Shown here piece by piece: positions 1 through 13,834 of a stretch of 64,000 nt of DNA. This stretch comes from Macrostomum hystrix (taxonomy: Eukaryota > Animalia > Platyhelminthes), in the NCBI GenBank assembly GCA_950097015.1, contig CATNEN010000001.1:8866001-8930000 (forward strand), given 5' to 3'. A program made the position numbers and the translations under genes. The stretch's first letter is position 1; each line of letters begins with the position of its first letter. The notes under the pieces were generated by a model. It had not been told where the DNA came from. It saw nothing but the letters and a program-made list of their open reading frames with translations, and made no database searches.

Positions 1-3000
1 TTGTCTGGGTGTTCTAGCTGTTAACACACCGAAAGATGAGACTGTGCACTTTCTTATAGTAGTCACAGCCTGCGTTTCTGTTGGCAAATTGCCAGACTTT
101 GAGGTGCACAAGATCACCAGGGTTAGCTGCGTCAGCCTGCGCAATTGTCCAACAGATGCTCAACTGGTGTCCGAGATACAGAAGCTGTTGATGTCTGAGA
201 TCTTTTACTTTGCTAGGACGCCTGATGATAAGCCATATGACTTGACGGTAAGATATCTATCAATGTAATGTAGAGCTGCCTTCGGTTCAATATTATCAAA
301 TAAGTATCTGATCACGTGATCTAATGTAAAAAATTGGCGCTTGCATCGTCTTGATTGGCTAGGCCAAGATCGAATAAATATGCGAAAAAGGACTTGAAAA
401 TTCCATGGAGTTTCTGTAAAACATTATTTTACTCGCACCTGATTGGCTGTTACTGTGCAATAAAAATATAGTAAACAAACAAACTACCGTACCAAACAGG
501 TTTCGGTGCAAAGCGCCCACTCTGGCAAGTCTGGCGACAATCGTTTCTTTTGGAATCGCGGCCTGCACCGACTATTTGGCCAGTTCGGCGTGCCGGCTCG
601 CGATTGGCTAGTGTACGCTATCTGCGGCGGCGTTGAAGTCAAGACTATCTATTGCGGAGAGAGACAGGTAGGGTCAATAAAGAAAAGGTATCAATAAACA
701 AACGGTAGGGTTGCTGCCACCTTGGTCAGAAGGGTCGAAGCTGGAGACCTGGAGACAGTTTCTGTGGACACTATCCACAATGAACACTGCTGCTACTGAA
801 TGAAGAATCGCTGAACAAATTGCTTCTTAAGCTGAATGAAATTCCAATCTAAGAGAGTCCTTCACTGAGGCCTAAATCTACATAGTTCTCTAGTTCTCGT
901 TGTCCTGGTTGTTCCGAAGGAATCTCTGTTCTAAGTCCGAGTGAATTTATTCAAGTTCAACAGCCTGCCGCTTTCTGAGCGTTTGTCCAAACTCAGCAAT
1001 GGCGGATAGCGCTGCGCGGGTGTCTCGTATTTATAGCCGTTTTTGACCCTCCTAGCCTGCCAGCGCACGCCATTGGTCGGGGCGCAATGACGCCTTCTCA
1101 TTTGCTGCAAGGATTTTAGCAGGCGGAAAAACCGTGGGCGTGGCAAAACTGCCATGGAAAAACCATGGAAATACCTAACAATAGTTGATCCGATAAGATC
1201 CGACTCCTTAAGACTCCAAACTTACTAATTGCTAATTACGTTAGCTAACTAGTCAAAGAGTGGGGGCTAGATGCTAGCCTAGTAACTAGGGACTCACTAC
1301 TCTGTTCTAGTATAGAAGACAATTACGTAGAGCTATTGTATTATTAATGCTGTTCGCTCGCTCAGGCCAAAGCCTGTGTCATATCGCGCCTATCAGCCGA
1401 ACGGGCCGGCACCAGATTCAATGTTCGCGGCGCCAACGACGATGGCAAGGTTGCGAATTTCTGCGAAACGGAACAGATCATCTATTTGGACGACGCCGTG
1501 ACTTCTTTTCTGCAGACTCGCGGCTCCGTGCCGCTGTTCTGGGAGCAGCCCGGCTTGCAGATTGGCAGTCATCGGATTAAAATGTCGCGCGGTTTCGAAG
1601 CTAGCAGTCACGCATTCTGGCGCCATTTGAGTTTAATGAAATCTATGTACGGCAGTGTAGCTATAGTTAACCTGCTTGGCTGCAAAGAGGGTGAACAGGT
1701 GAGAGATTGTAAGTTAAAAAATATTAAATGCGGTTTTTTAATTAAACTACACACAATGGCGCAGGGTGCTTTTTCCTAGTAGTTATTGTTGCTTACCATC
1801 AAGCAACAGCGTCGGACTCATGACTGAAGGTCGGCAGTTCGATTTTCGACTCCACGGGATCAATTCCCCTGAGGAAGAACCAAGGGGGGTATTTCAAATA
1901 CCCACGCGCCTACTTCACGATAGCTGTAAAATCTAATGACCCTTGCTGACCCTTGTGACTAAGACAACTAACATTGCTCTGTGTAAACCTCTATTGCGAA
2001 TCCATATTGGTTAAATAATGTAATAGCTAACAATATATTAAACAATAGTAGCACGCATAGATACATGATCAAATTTGAACTCATTTTTTTATTTTCATGT
2101 TGATTGGTTGAAAATTTAAGGAGTACAGACTACCAAGATTATCTGGGATAATTGAGAGTGGGTGTGGCGAATCCTCCCAGTCCATGGACTGAACAGCCGT
2201 ACGCAGCCTTCAGAATTGCATAAAATGAATAAAATCATAAAATCAACAATGCATTGAAAGGTCCTATCCAAGTCCTACCGCGATCATCACCAGTCTAGTA
2301 GGCGCCTGTGCTCCGATGTGCCCTATATCGAATTCGACTATCACAGCGAATGCCCCGGCGGTAATCCTGCCAAACTGCAAGACCTATTGCAACGCGTGCG
2401 CGGCTACATAGGCAGGTGCGGTTTCTTTGCCGCTGTCAGCGAATCGCCAGATGGTGACAGGCGTGAGCTGACTACTCAAACTGGCGTTGTGCGCACCAAC
2501 TGTGTCGATTGTCTGGATAGGACTAACGCTGTGCAGACTGTGTTTGGAATTGAGGTGAGTCTGTTGTGTCATCATTTTCTAATTAGCGAAGGATTTGAAG
2601 AATAACAGTGGGCTCTTCAAAGTCAAGGGGTGAAAGAGAATGTAGTGAACGCTTGTTGGTCAGGAGTTAAATAGAAATTAACGAACGCTTGAAGGTCAAT
2701 GGGATGAAGGGTAAGCAGTGGTCACTTGAAGGTCAATGGGATGAAGGTAAGCAGTGAACACTTGAAGGTCAAGAGTTGAAGGGAAGTCATTAGACAATTT
2801 AAGGTCAAATGGTTGAAGCGAAAGCAGTGGACACTTGCAGGTCAATGGGTTGAAGGTATGCAGTGAACACTTGAAGGTCAAGAGTTGAATGGAAAGCAGT
2901 GGACACTTGCAGGTCAATGGGTTGAATGGAAAGCAGTGGTCACTTGAAGGTCAATGGGATGAAGGTATGCAGTGAACACTTAAAGGTCAAGAGTTGAATG

Positions 3001-6000
3001 GAAAGCAGTGAACACTTGAAGGTCAAGAGTTGAAGGGAAATCATTAGACAATTGAAGGTCAAATGGTTGAAGCGAAAGCAGTGGACACTTGAAGGTCAAG
3101 AGTTGAAGGGAAAGCAGTGGACACTTGAAGGTCAATGGGTTGAAGGGAAATCATTAGACAATTGAAGGTCAATGAGTTAAAGGGAAGCAGTGGACACTAA
3201 AAGTCAATGGTTGAAGATAAAGCTGTAGTGTCTATTTATTTCCATACCTGCCAACCCACTATTTATCCATCAGCTGATGCTGCAAAGCCAACTAGAAGCT
3301 CTAGGCCTACTCACCGACCAGTTGTGGAAGCGTTTCAGCGACGCTTTCCGCGAAATGTGGCTACAAAACGGCGACTCGGTTAGCCGAATCTACGCCGGCA
3401 CTGGCGCACTCGGCGGCGGCCGGTCCAAGATCAAAGACGCCGCCAGAACTGGTTCTAGAACGATACAGAATAATTTCTTGGATAGTTCTAAACAGGAGGC
3501 TATGGACTTGCTAATTCACAATTCTACTCTAAGAGGCGATCTAGCTTCTAAGGCTAGCGCTCTACTGCCCAAATCGTTTCTGCACCTGCCGCCAAAGCAT
3601 CTGCGCGATTTGCTAGCCCGTCACGAAGAGTTCACGGATGTGACGCCGGCTCGCGTATTTGTCGGCACTTGGAATATCAACGGAGGCAAGCATTTTCGCA
3701 GTCTGGCTCACAAGGACGCCTCGCTCTCTGATTGGCTGATTAATCTGCCAGAGATAAGTCGGACTAGCGCGCCAAATTGTATCCACGGCGAAGCGGATTT
3801 CTCCCAGCCTATCGATATCTACGCTATTGGCTTTGAAGAGTTGGTCGACTTGAATGCTAGCAATATTGTCAACGCTAGCAGTACTAATAAACGATTGTGG
3901 GCAGAGGAGCTGCAGAAGACGCTTCGTGCTGGCGGGTCGCAAAGGTATGGAATCGAATTAGAGCAAAAAGTATGTCTTAATGCTAGATCGTAAGCTTCTA
4001 AATGAGGCCCTAAACCGTTTAGATTCTATATCCAGAAGTTTTAAATTATTGTGCTGTGCCCTGAAGTCCCTAAAGGACACTCATATCCTTTAGATGCTTG
4101 ATCCTGAAGTCACACATTCTTAGATGCTTGATCCTGAAGTCCCACATTCTTAGATGCTTGATCCTGAAGTCCCACATTCTTAGATGCTTGATCCTGAAGT
4201 CACACATTCTTAGATGCTTGATCCTGAAGTCCCACATCCATTAGATGCTTGATCCTGAAGTCCCACATCCATTAGATGCTTGATCCTGAAGTCCCAGATC
4301 CATTAGATGCTTGATCCTGAAGTCCCACATTCTTAGATGCTTGATCCTGAAGTACCACATTCTTAGATGCTTGATCCTGAAGTCACACATTCTTAGATGC
4401 TTGATCCTGAAGTCCCACATTCTTAGATGCTTGATCCTGAAGTCACACATTCTTAGATGCTTGATCCTGAAGTCCCACATCCATTAGATGCTTGATCCTG
4501 AAGTCCCACATCCATTAGATGCTTGATCCTGAAGTCCCACATCCATTAGATGCTTGCTCCTGAAGTCCCACATTCTTAGATGCTTGATCCTTAAGTCCCA
4601 CATTCTTAGATGCTTGATCCTGAAGTCCCACATCCATTAGATGCTTGATCCTGAAGTCCCACATTCTTAGATGCTTGATCCTGAAGTCACACATTCTTAG
4701 ATGCTTGATCCTGAAGTCCCACATCCATTAGATGCTTGATCCTGAAGTCCCACATCCATTAGATGCTTGATCCTGAAGTCCCAGATCCATTAGATGCTTG
4801 ATCCTGAAGTCCCACATTCTTAGATGCTTGATCCTGAAGTCCCACATTCTTAGATGCTTGATCCTGAAGTCCCACATCCATTAGATGCTTGATCCTGAAG
4901 TCCCACATTCTTAGATGCTTGATCCTGAAGTCCCACATTCTTAGATGCTTGATCCTGAAGTCACACATTCTTAGATGCTTGATCCTGAAGTCCCACATCC
5001 TTAGATGCTTGATCCTGAAGTCCCACATTCTTAGATGCTTGATCCTGAAGTCCCACATTCTTAGATGCTTGATCCTGAAGTCCCAGATCCATTAGATGCT
5101 TGATCCTGAAGTCCCACATTCTTAGATGCTTGATCCTGAAGTCCCACATTCTTAGATGCTTGATCCTGAAGTCCCACATTCTTAGATGCTTGATCCTGAA
5201 GTCCCACATCCATTAGATGCTTGATCCTTAAGTCCCACATTCTTATATGCTTGATCCTGAAGTCCCACATCCATTAGATGCTTGATCCTGAAGTCCCACA
5301 TTCTTAGATGCTTGATCCTGAAGTCCAACATTCTTAGATGCTTGATCCTGAAGTCCAATGTACTTTTAGATACTTATTCCTGAAGTCCTTTAGCACGAAA
5401 TCCTGAATCCCGCAAAACTTAAATTACTCGTACATCCTAAAATCCTACATGCAGTAATTTAAGGTTGTAAAATTTCTGGAATCCTGAAATCGCTTATTTC
5501 TTAGAAATCATGTTACTTTTTTCGCATCAACTTCATGCTCTTGATAATAAATATTCAAGATTTGAAAATTAGTTTACTTTCAAGCTTAAATAAATTGGCC
5601 TATAAAACAATCCGAAATCTCCAGGTATATTCTACTTACCTCGGTGCAACTAGTCGGAGTATGTCTCTACGTATTTGTTCGGTCGGGCATTTCGCAGCAC
5701 ATTCGCGAGGTTGGCACGGCTAGCGTTAAAACTGGCATGAAAGGCACAGCCGGTAATAAAGGCGGTGTTGCTATCAGACTGGTCTATCACAATACTTCCC
5801 TAGCCTTCGTGTGCAGTCATTTCGCTGCCGGCCAGTCCAACTACAAGGAGCGCAATAGTGACTTTACACAGATTTATCAGCGCCTGAGCTTTCAAATGGG
5901 TCGAACCCTGGCTCAGCACGATTATGTGTTCTGGTGCGGCGATTTCAACTATAGAGTCAATTTGAGCCGCGAGAAGGTGCTTCAGTGCATCGAGGAGAAC

Positions 6001-9000
6001 AATTGGGACGAGTTGAGGCGACACGATCAGCTTAATGATCAGCGTAGACAGGTGAGGATATTCGTTTGTGAGGATACAGGTCTGTTCGTTTGGTTGGGAT
6101 CCGTTGTGTTTTATGCTTTGAAAAAGATGTAAATATAAAGTCCATTCCTAGAAGTCACAGTTTGAAAACAGTTTCTTAGAAAACATTTATTTCAAGAAGC
6201 CCGTTAATTGTGGTAAAATATATTCCTTGAAAACAGCAAATTTTAATCAAATCGATTCCCAGAAACATGTACGACTGAATTTATTCGTAGTTAGACTTAT
6301 TTGGGCAACTTGATCTTGTACAAATTGTAAATTAAATCATTGCTTATTGTAGATTTATATTTTGCATATTTATATTTGATCCGTGCGGCAAATTGTTGTA
6401 CGAGCCAATCATTAGATCAATCATTGAGTCAATGTGTCGAATGGGTCAATCATTGAGTCAATGTGTCAAATGGGTCAATCATTGAGTCAAGGTGTCAAAT
6501 GGGTCAATCATTGATTCAATGTGTCGAATAGGTCAATCATTGAGTCAAGGTGTCAAATGGGTCAATCATTGAGTCAATGTGTCAAATGGGTCAATCATTG
6601 AGTCAAGGTGTCAAATGGGTCAATCATTTATTCAAGGTGTCAAATGGGTCAATCATTGATTCAAGGTGTCAAATGGGTCAATCATTGAGTCAAGGTGTCA
6701 AATGGGTCAATCATTGAGTCAAGGTGTCAAATGGGTCAATCATTGAGTCAATGTGTCAAATGTGTCAATCATTGATTCAAGGTGTCAAATGAGTCAATCA
6801 TTGATTCAATGTGTCAAATGGTAGATGTGATAGGTGTAAAATGTCAGTTTCGAAAATACCAAGACTAGAAGAGGATCAAAAATGAAGATATTCGAGTAGG
6901 TGAACAGAACCGATCTCTTTCCCTACAGGGCCTTGTGTTTGCCAATTTCCACGAGGGTCACACTGCATTCGCGCCTACCTACAAATACGATCTGTTTAGT
7001 GACGAATTCGACTCCAGCGAGAAATGTCGCGTACCAGCTTACACTGATCGTGTACTATGGACGAGAAATCCGTCTGGCCAATTGAGTGCGCCTGGCAAAT
7101 TGTTAATGTACAATCGGGCGGAGTTGAAAATATCCGATCATAGGCCGGTTGCTTGCTTGCTTGAAATAGAGGTGCGTAAAGTTTTTTTGCATTATAAATT
7201 TATATTTTCTCTTCTTTCTGTATCGTCGTTATCTAGTCTATCTACGATATTTCGTATCTATTCACGTAGATTTCATATCTATTCTCATGAATATCACATC
7301 TCTTATCGTAGATATTACATCTATCCACGTAGATATCACATCTATCCACGTAGATATCACATCTATCCACGTAGATATCACATCTATCCACGTAGATATC
7401 ACATCTATCCACGTAGATATCGCATCTATCCACGTAGATATCACATCTATCCACGTAGATATCGCATCTATCCACGTAGATATCACATCTATCCACGTAG
7501 ATATCACATCTATCCACGTAGATATCGCATCTATCCACGTAGATATCGCATTCATCCACGTAGGTATCACATCTATCCACGTAGGTATCACATCTATCCA
7601 CGTACATATCACATCTATCCACGTAGATATCACATTTATCCACGTATGTATCACATCTATCCACGTAGATATCGCATCTATCCACGTAGATATCGCATTT
7701 ATCCACGTAGATATCACATCTATCCACGTAGATATCGCATTTATCCACTTAGATATCACATCTATCCACGTTGATATCGCATTTATCCACGTAGATATCA
7801 CATCTATCCACGTAGATATCACATCTTTATTGTAACTTGTATATTCTCGTCGGCCCAAATCAAACCTAAATCAGCTGATTCAGGATTATGTTGTCAAGAC
7901 ATGCTGAATAGTCTCTAATCTTTGCCATCGCAATCCAGATCTCCAAGGAGAACCGCGCCCGCCGCAATGCCATTTACGAGTCGCAGCTGACAGCCACCGG
8001 TCCGCCAGACGCCACAGTTGTCGCCAGAGTGACCGTCACTGCCTATTTTGACGATGCCGCTTTGGACTTCCTCATCAATCTGTTCTCCGGCTGCGGCCGA
8101 ATTCTCCTAGTTCGGCTCAAAAATGACTCGGTTCTGTTCACCTACTCGGATGGCGTCTCTGCTCTACGCGCCATCAACGAAATCCACGGCACCAACCTGG
8201 ACGATGGTCGCCAGATTCTGGCAGAGCTCTATCTAGCCGATTGGCGCGAGCGCTGCATGGCCGAGATTGTTGAAGATCCCGACTGTCCGCAGGCGGCCGC
8301 CCTACTTGCCCAACAGGCCGCCGAACAGCTGGAAGCCGAAGATAACTCCTCCGGAGCGGCTCATTTCGACGTCGATGGCATTGTCGGTGACGATGATGAC
8401 GAAATAGCTGACGCTGACGATGTGGCCCTAGCCGGTTCTTCGATGTACTTGCCCGTGGCTCAGCAGTCGCAGTCACTGAAACAGTCTCGCAGCGCTTCTG
8501 ATCTGCTCAAAATTGAACCACCGGGCAGTTTCGGCTGCTCCGCGCGCGGTTCCAGCGTCAATCTGGCCGCTGATCGATCGACGTCGCCTCAACCGCCGCC
8601 TCTGCCGCCTGCGCCGCCGTCCAGACCGCCGCCGCCAAAGTCGCCAGCAAAATCGCCGCAACAGCAGCCGGCGCCGCCGTTGCCTCCGCTGCCGAAGCGT
8701 CCGCCGCCGCCTTCTGTATCGCCGCAGCCGCCGTTGCCACCGCCACCGGCCTCTCTTCAGCAGCAGCCGCAACAGTTCCCTGGTCCTCCGCCAGCCGCGA
8801 TGCCACTGCAACGACCACCTCCGCCACCTACGGCCGGTCAGCAACAGCAACAGCATCCGCGTCCGCCACCGTCGCAGCAGCAACAGCAGCCAGGCTTTCG
8901 ACCGCCCATGGGTCCGGCTCCGGAAGGTCGATTTCCGAGGCCGGATTTCCCGAGGCCGTCATTTTCCGATCCACGTCAAATGGGACCCATGGGTCCGAGG

Positions 9001-9624
9001 CCCTCCGGCGGTCCGCATCCGCCTCGCCATCCCATGGGGCCTCGTCCGCCTCCGCATGGTGCACCTGTTGGTCCTGGCGGGCCGCATCCTCAGCAGCGTC
9101 CACCGGGCCCTCATCCGGGTCCTCCTGGGCCGCAGCAGCCGCAGCGTTATCCTCCTCCGCCTGGACCGCCTTCGCAACTTCCGCAGCCGCCGCTGCCACC
9201 GCGACCGGCTTCTTCCAACGATCCGTTCAACGATTCCTGGAGTAGCCAGCCGCAACCGCAGCAGCAGCAGCAACAGCAGCAGCTAACAACACCTGCCTCT
9301 CAATATCGTCCGCGTTCGCCGTCGCCTAAGAGGAAGCCTCTGCCCGAGCCGTCGGCCTGGTCGCCGATTGTACTGGACGCTGAACCTGCGCCACCGCCAC
9401 CGCCTCCTCGACAAGCTCCCACTGCTGCTGCTACTGCTGCGCCATCTTGGCCAGTAGATTTCTCAAACGACTTCTCTTTGTCGACTGGCGTCGCTAAAAC
9501 GGATTCTTTGGCTACGCCGGACGAAGCGGAGCTGGAAGCCGCTTTTGGTCGGGTATTTCGTGACGAAGGCCTTGTTGTGGCGCCGGATCCGAGGCCTATT
9601 ACGCCCACCAATAATCCGCCCTGA
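1..9624 (+). CDS. SYNJ1: Synaptojanin (Sac1 phosphatase + inositol 5-phosphatase + RRM-like + proline-rich tail), 5'-partial, 8 exons in window
   Basis: Exons <1-247, 500-667, 1366-1698, 2261-2554, 3274-3944, 5625-6051, 6929-7171, 7939-9624; all GT-AG and frame-consistent. Motifs: [32 protein letters not shown], Sac1 CX5RT ([12 protein letters not shown]), [53 protein letters not shown], then a long Pro/Gln-rich tail. Confidence 0.96.
2690..3212. repeat. ~36-bp minisatellite (synaptojanin intron)
   Basis: Unit ~acacttgaaggtcaagagttgaatggaaagcagtgg. Confidence 0.9.
4089..5390. repeat. 30/31-bp minisatellite (synaptojanin intron)
   Basis: Unit ttagatgcttgatcctgaagtcccacattc, with a 31-bp ..acatcca variant. 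Confidence 0.97.
6408..6822. repeat. 29-bp minisatellite
   Basis: Unit ggtcaatcattgagtcaaggtgtcaaatg. Confidence 0.95.
7255..7825. repeat. 21-bp minisatellite
   Basis: Unit ctatccacgtagatatcacat. Confidence 0.95.
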
Positions 9625-10153
9625 CCTGCTAAGCTTTTCAGTCGATGCGTTAGTGAGCAAATCGTTTGTCTCGCAAAAAAACTATAATTCTAATATAGGC
9701 TTGATTTTATTGGCTTAAGTGACAACGGGGGTATTTCAAATACGGTTCAATAAAGTAGAACACGTAATTAACAATGATCAACTATAGTTGCATAATTCTA
9801 TACATGTGAACTGTTAAGTGTGAACAATGTCTAAGGTCATTATAATGTTTTTTTATTAAAAAGGGTCTGTTTTAAATTTATTGTTTATTACGAGTAGAAA
9901 TTAAAATTTATTTTTACGAAACATAAAGTATGCTTTCAGAAAAAGTTTTTTTTTGTGAAAGTGTAACTCAGCCTATCCACTTTAGTTTAGTTATTAAGGT
10001 TTCGTTTGCAATTTTATCTAGTCAAGAACCAATGCTGCTAGGGTAAGAAAAACTGCTTTTAATTTTAACTGTTATTGTTCTAAGCTGCAGCAACTTTAGT
10101 TTATGTCTGTCGAGTCTAAACGTGTTTTTTAGAAAAAAAGAGGACCTTTATTC

Positions 10154-10968
10154 TTAGAATCCCTGATCCCCAGACCGACAGATTAGAATCCCTGATCCCC
10201 AGACCGACAGATTAGAATCCCTGATTCCCAGACTGACAGATTAGAATCCCTGATCCCCAGACCGACAGATTAGAATCCCTGATCCCCAGACCGACAGATT
10301 AGAATCCCTGATCCCCAGACTGACAGATTAGAATCCCTGATCCCCAGACTGACAGATTAGAATCCCTGATCCCCAGACTGACAGATTAGAATCCCCTGAT
10401 CCCCAGACTGACAGATTATAATCCCCTGATCCCCAGACTGACAGATTAGAATCCCTGATCCCCAGACCGACAGATTAGAATCCCTGATCCCCAGACCGAC
10501 AGATTAGAATCCCTGATCCCCAGACTGACAGATTAGAATCCCTGATCCCCAGACCGACAGATTAGAATCCCTGATCCCCAGACCGACAGATTAGAATCCC
10601 TGATCCCCAGACCGACAGATTAGAATCCCTGATCCCCAGACTGACAGATTAGAATCCCTGATCCCCAGACTGACAGATTAGAATCCCTGATCCCCAGACT
10701 GACAGATTAGAATCCCTGATCCCCAGACTGACAGATTAGAATCCCCTGATCCCCAGACTGACAGATAAGAATCCCCTGATCCCCAGACTGACAGATTAGA
10801 ATCCCCTGATCCCCAGACTGACAGATTAGAATCCCTGATCCCCAGACTGACAGATTAGAATCCCCTGATCCCCAGACTGACAGATTAGAATCCCTGATCC
10901 CCAGACCGACAGATTAGAATCCCTGATCCCCAGACCGACAGATTAGAATCCCTGATCCCCCAGACTGC
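10154..10968. repeat. 29/30-bp minisatellite (intergenic)
   Basis: Unit ttagaatccctgatccccagacygacaga. Confidence 0.96.
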
Positions 10969-11749
10969 TAGGTTTGAATCCACTAATCATTGATTAGATT
11001 CCTTAATTATTAATTATTGTTTTTTATTTAATCTTGAAATCAAAAGTCTCTATAACTGTTAAATAGACTTGACTTGTGCAATTGACCCAATTCTTAGATT
11101 CCAGTTCTTGCTACAAAATGCATAATAATAGCAAGTAGGTTTTTCTTAATTACACTCACATATTATCACTTTTCGAGTAGATTTAGTGCAGCTGTTTATC
11201 GAAATAGAATGTTTTTGAAGTACACCACAGGCCACTGATATCATATCGCTTTTCTGTTGTTCTTGTCCTACAAATAACATTCTTAGTTGTGATATAATCG
11301 ATGTTTAATATCGTTAATAGATTGCTTTTTTCTTGTTTTATTGTATACCTGATAACATACCAGACACATTTTGTTGCATAATAGTGAAACTAAATATGTT
11401 ACTAATTTTTTGCTAGTTTTTTATGTTCTTTGAAGCTCCAGTTCTGCTCTTAATCTGCTTAATCTAACAAATATTTTGTCTAAGATATTAGCACTTATCA
11501 TGCATATCTCGTTCTTTAATTGAGGCTCAGATTATTAATTTTTTAAAGACGTATATTAATTACTATTTAATATATTATATAATTTAAGTTCAATGTTAGG
11601 TATTTCTACTCCTATCAAGATTACCTATTATAAACTTTTTCGTTGTCGTCGTGACAAGTTTCTTAGATAGAATATTTACTTATTACTGTCCTTCGCTGAC
11701 TTCCAATTTATTCATATTTTTTCCTCTTTGAGTTAAGTAAGTAAGTTAG

Positions 11750-13548
11750 TGTCACTCTCATTGATTTCTGTAGTTCTGTCACTCTCTCATTGATTTCTGT
11801 AATTCTGTCACTCTCTCATTGATTTCTGTAATTCTGTCACTCTCTCATTGATTTCTGTAATTCTGTCACTCTCTCATTGATTTCTGTAGTTCTGTCACTC
11901 TCTCATTGATTTCTGTAATTCTGTCACTCTCTCATTGATTTCTGTAGTTCTGTCACTCTCTCATTGATTTCTGTAATTCTGTCACTCTCTCATTGATTTC
12001 TGTAGTTCTGTCACTCTCTCATTGATTTCTGTAATTCTGTCACTCTCTCATTGATTTCTGTAGTTCTGTCACTCTCTCATTGATTTCTGTAATTCTGTCA
12101 CTCTCTCATTGATTTCTGTAATTCTGTCACTCTCTCATTGATTTCTGTAATTCTGTCACTCTCTCATTGATTTCTGTCATTCTGTCACTCTCTCATTGAT
12201 TTCTGTAATGCTGTCACTCTCTCATTGATTTCTGTAATTCTGTCACTCTCTCATTGATTTCTGTAATTCTGTCGCTCTCTCATTGATTTCTGTAATTCTG
12301 TCACTCTCTCATTGATTTCTGTAATTCTGTCACTCTCATTGATTTCTGTAATTCTGTCACTCTCTCATTGATTTCTGTAATTCTGTCACTCTCTCATTGA
12401 TTTCTGTAATTCTGTCACTCTCTCATTGATTTCTGTAATTCTGTCACTCTCTCATTGATTTCTGTAATTCTGTCACTCTCTCATTGATTTCTGTAATGCT
12501 GTCACTCTCTCATTGATTTCTGTAATGCTGTCACTCTCTCATTGATTTCTGTAATTCTGTCACTCTCTCATTGATTTCTGTAATTCTGTCACTCTCTCAT
12601 TGATTTCTGTAATTCTGTCACTCTCTCATTGATTTCTGTAATTCTGTCACTCTCTCATTGATTTCTGTCATTCTGTCACTCTCTCATTGATTTCTGTAAT
12701 GCTGTCACTCTCTCATTGATTTCTGTAATTCTGTCACTCTCTCATTGATTTCTGTAATTCTGTCGCTCTCTCATTGATTTCTGTAATTCTGTCACTCTCT
12801 CATTGATTTCTGTAATTCTGTCACTCTCATTGATTTCTGTAATTCTGTCACTCTCTCATTGATTTCTGTAATTCTGTCACTCTCTCATTGATTTCTGTAA
12901 TTCTGTCACTCTCTCATTGATTTCTGTAATTCTGTCACTCTCTCATTGATTTCTGTAATTCTGTCACTCTCTCATTGATTTCTGTAATGCTGTCACTCTC
13001 TCATTGATTTCTGTAATGCTGTCACTCTCTCATTGATTTCTGTAATGCTGTCACTCTCTCATTGATTTCTGTAATTCTGTCACTCTCTCATTGATTTCTG
13101 TAATGCTGTCACTCTCTCATTGATTTCTGTAATTCTGTCACTCTCTCATTGATTTCTGTAATTCTGTCACTCTCTCATTGATTTGTGTAATTCTGTCACT
13201 CTCTCATTGATTTCTGTAGTTCTGTCACTCTCTCATTGATTTCTGTAATTCTGTCAGTCTCTCATTGATTTCTGTAGTTCTGTCACTCTCTCATTGATTT
13301 CTGTAATTCTGTCACTCTCTCATTGATTTCTGTAATTCTGTCACTCTCTCATTGATTTCTGTAATTCTGTCACTCTCTCATTGATTTCTGCAATTCTGTC
13401 ACTCTCTCATTGATTTCTGTAATTCTGTCACTCTCTCATTGATTTCTGTAATTCTGTCACTCTCTCATTGATTTCTGTAATTCTGTCACTCTCTCATTGA
13501 TTTCTGTAATTCTGTCACTCTCTCATTGATTTCTGTAATTCTGTCAGT
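11750..13548. repeat. 29-bp minisatellite (intergenic)
   Basis: Unit tctgtcactctctcattgatttctgtaat. Confidence 0.97.
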
Positions 13549-13834
13549 CTACAAAAATAGTTAATTGTCCTTGTTAAGGCTAGTTCTCTTCCCAAACAAT
13601 TGTGATGTAAATTAACTTTTGTATATTTTTTTCAGGCCAAGCAGTTTTTGGGACTTGTTAGTTTCTAATGTCGCAGAAACCGCTGCTGCTGCTGCTGCTG
13701 TTGCTGATGCTGCTGCTCTTACCGGTACACGGAGCAGTTAGGCAATAAAATTCTTCGCTACTGATAGCAGTAGTTAGCGGATCAAATTCTACTCTACGTT
13801 TTGTTTAATTAAAATCAATTCTAATTGCAATACA

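Noticed and set aside
1885-1903. GGGGGTATTTCAAATACCC palindrome, with partial copies at ~9727 and ~60567
   Set aside because: Too short and degenerate to define an element; probably a MITE remnant.
8174-9660. Overlapping antisense and alternative-frame ORFs in the last synaptojanin exon
   Set aside because: Expected shadows of GC-rich Pro/Gln coding sequence.
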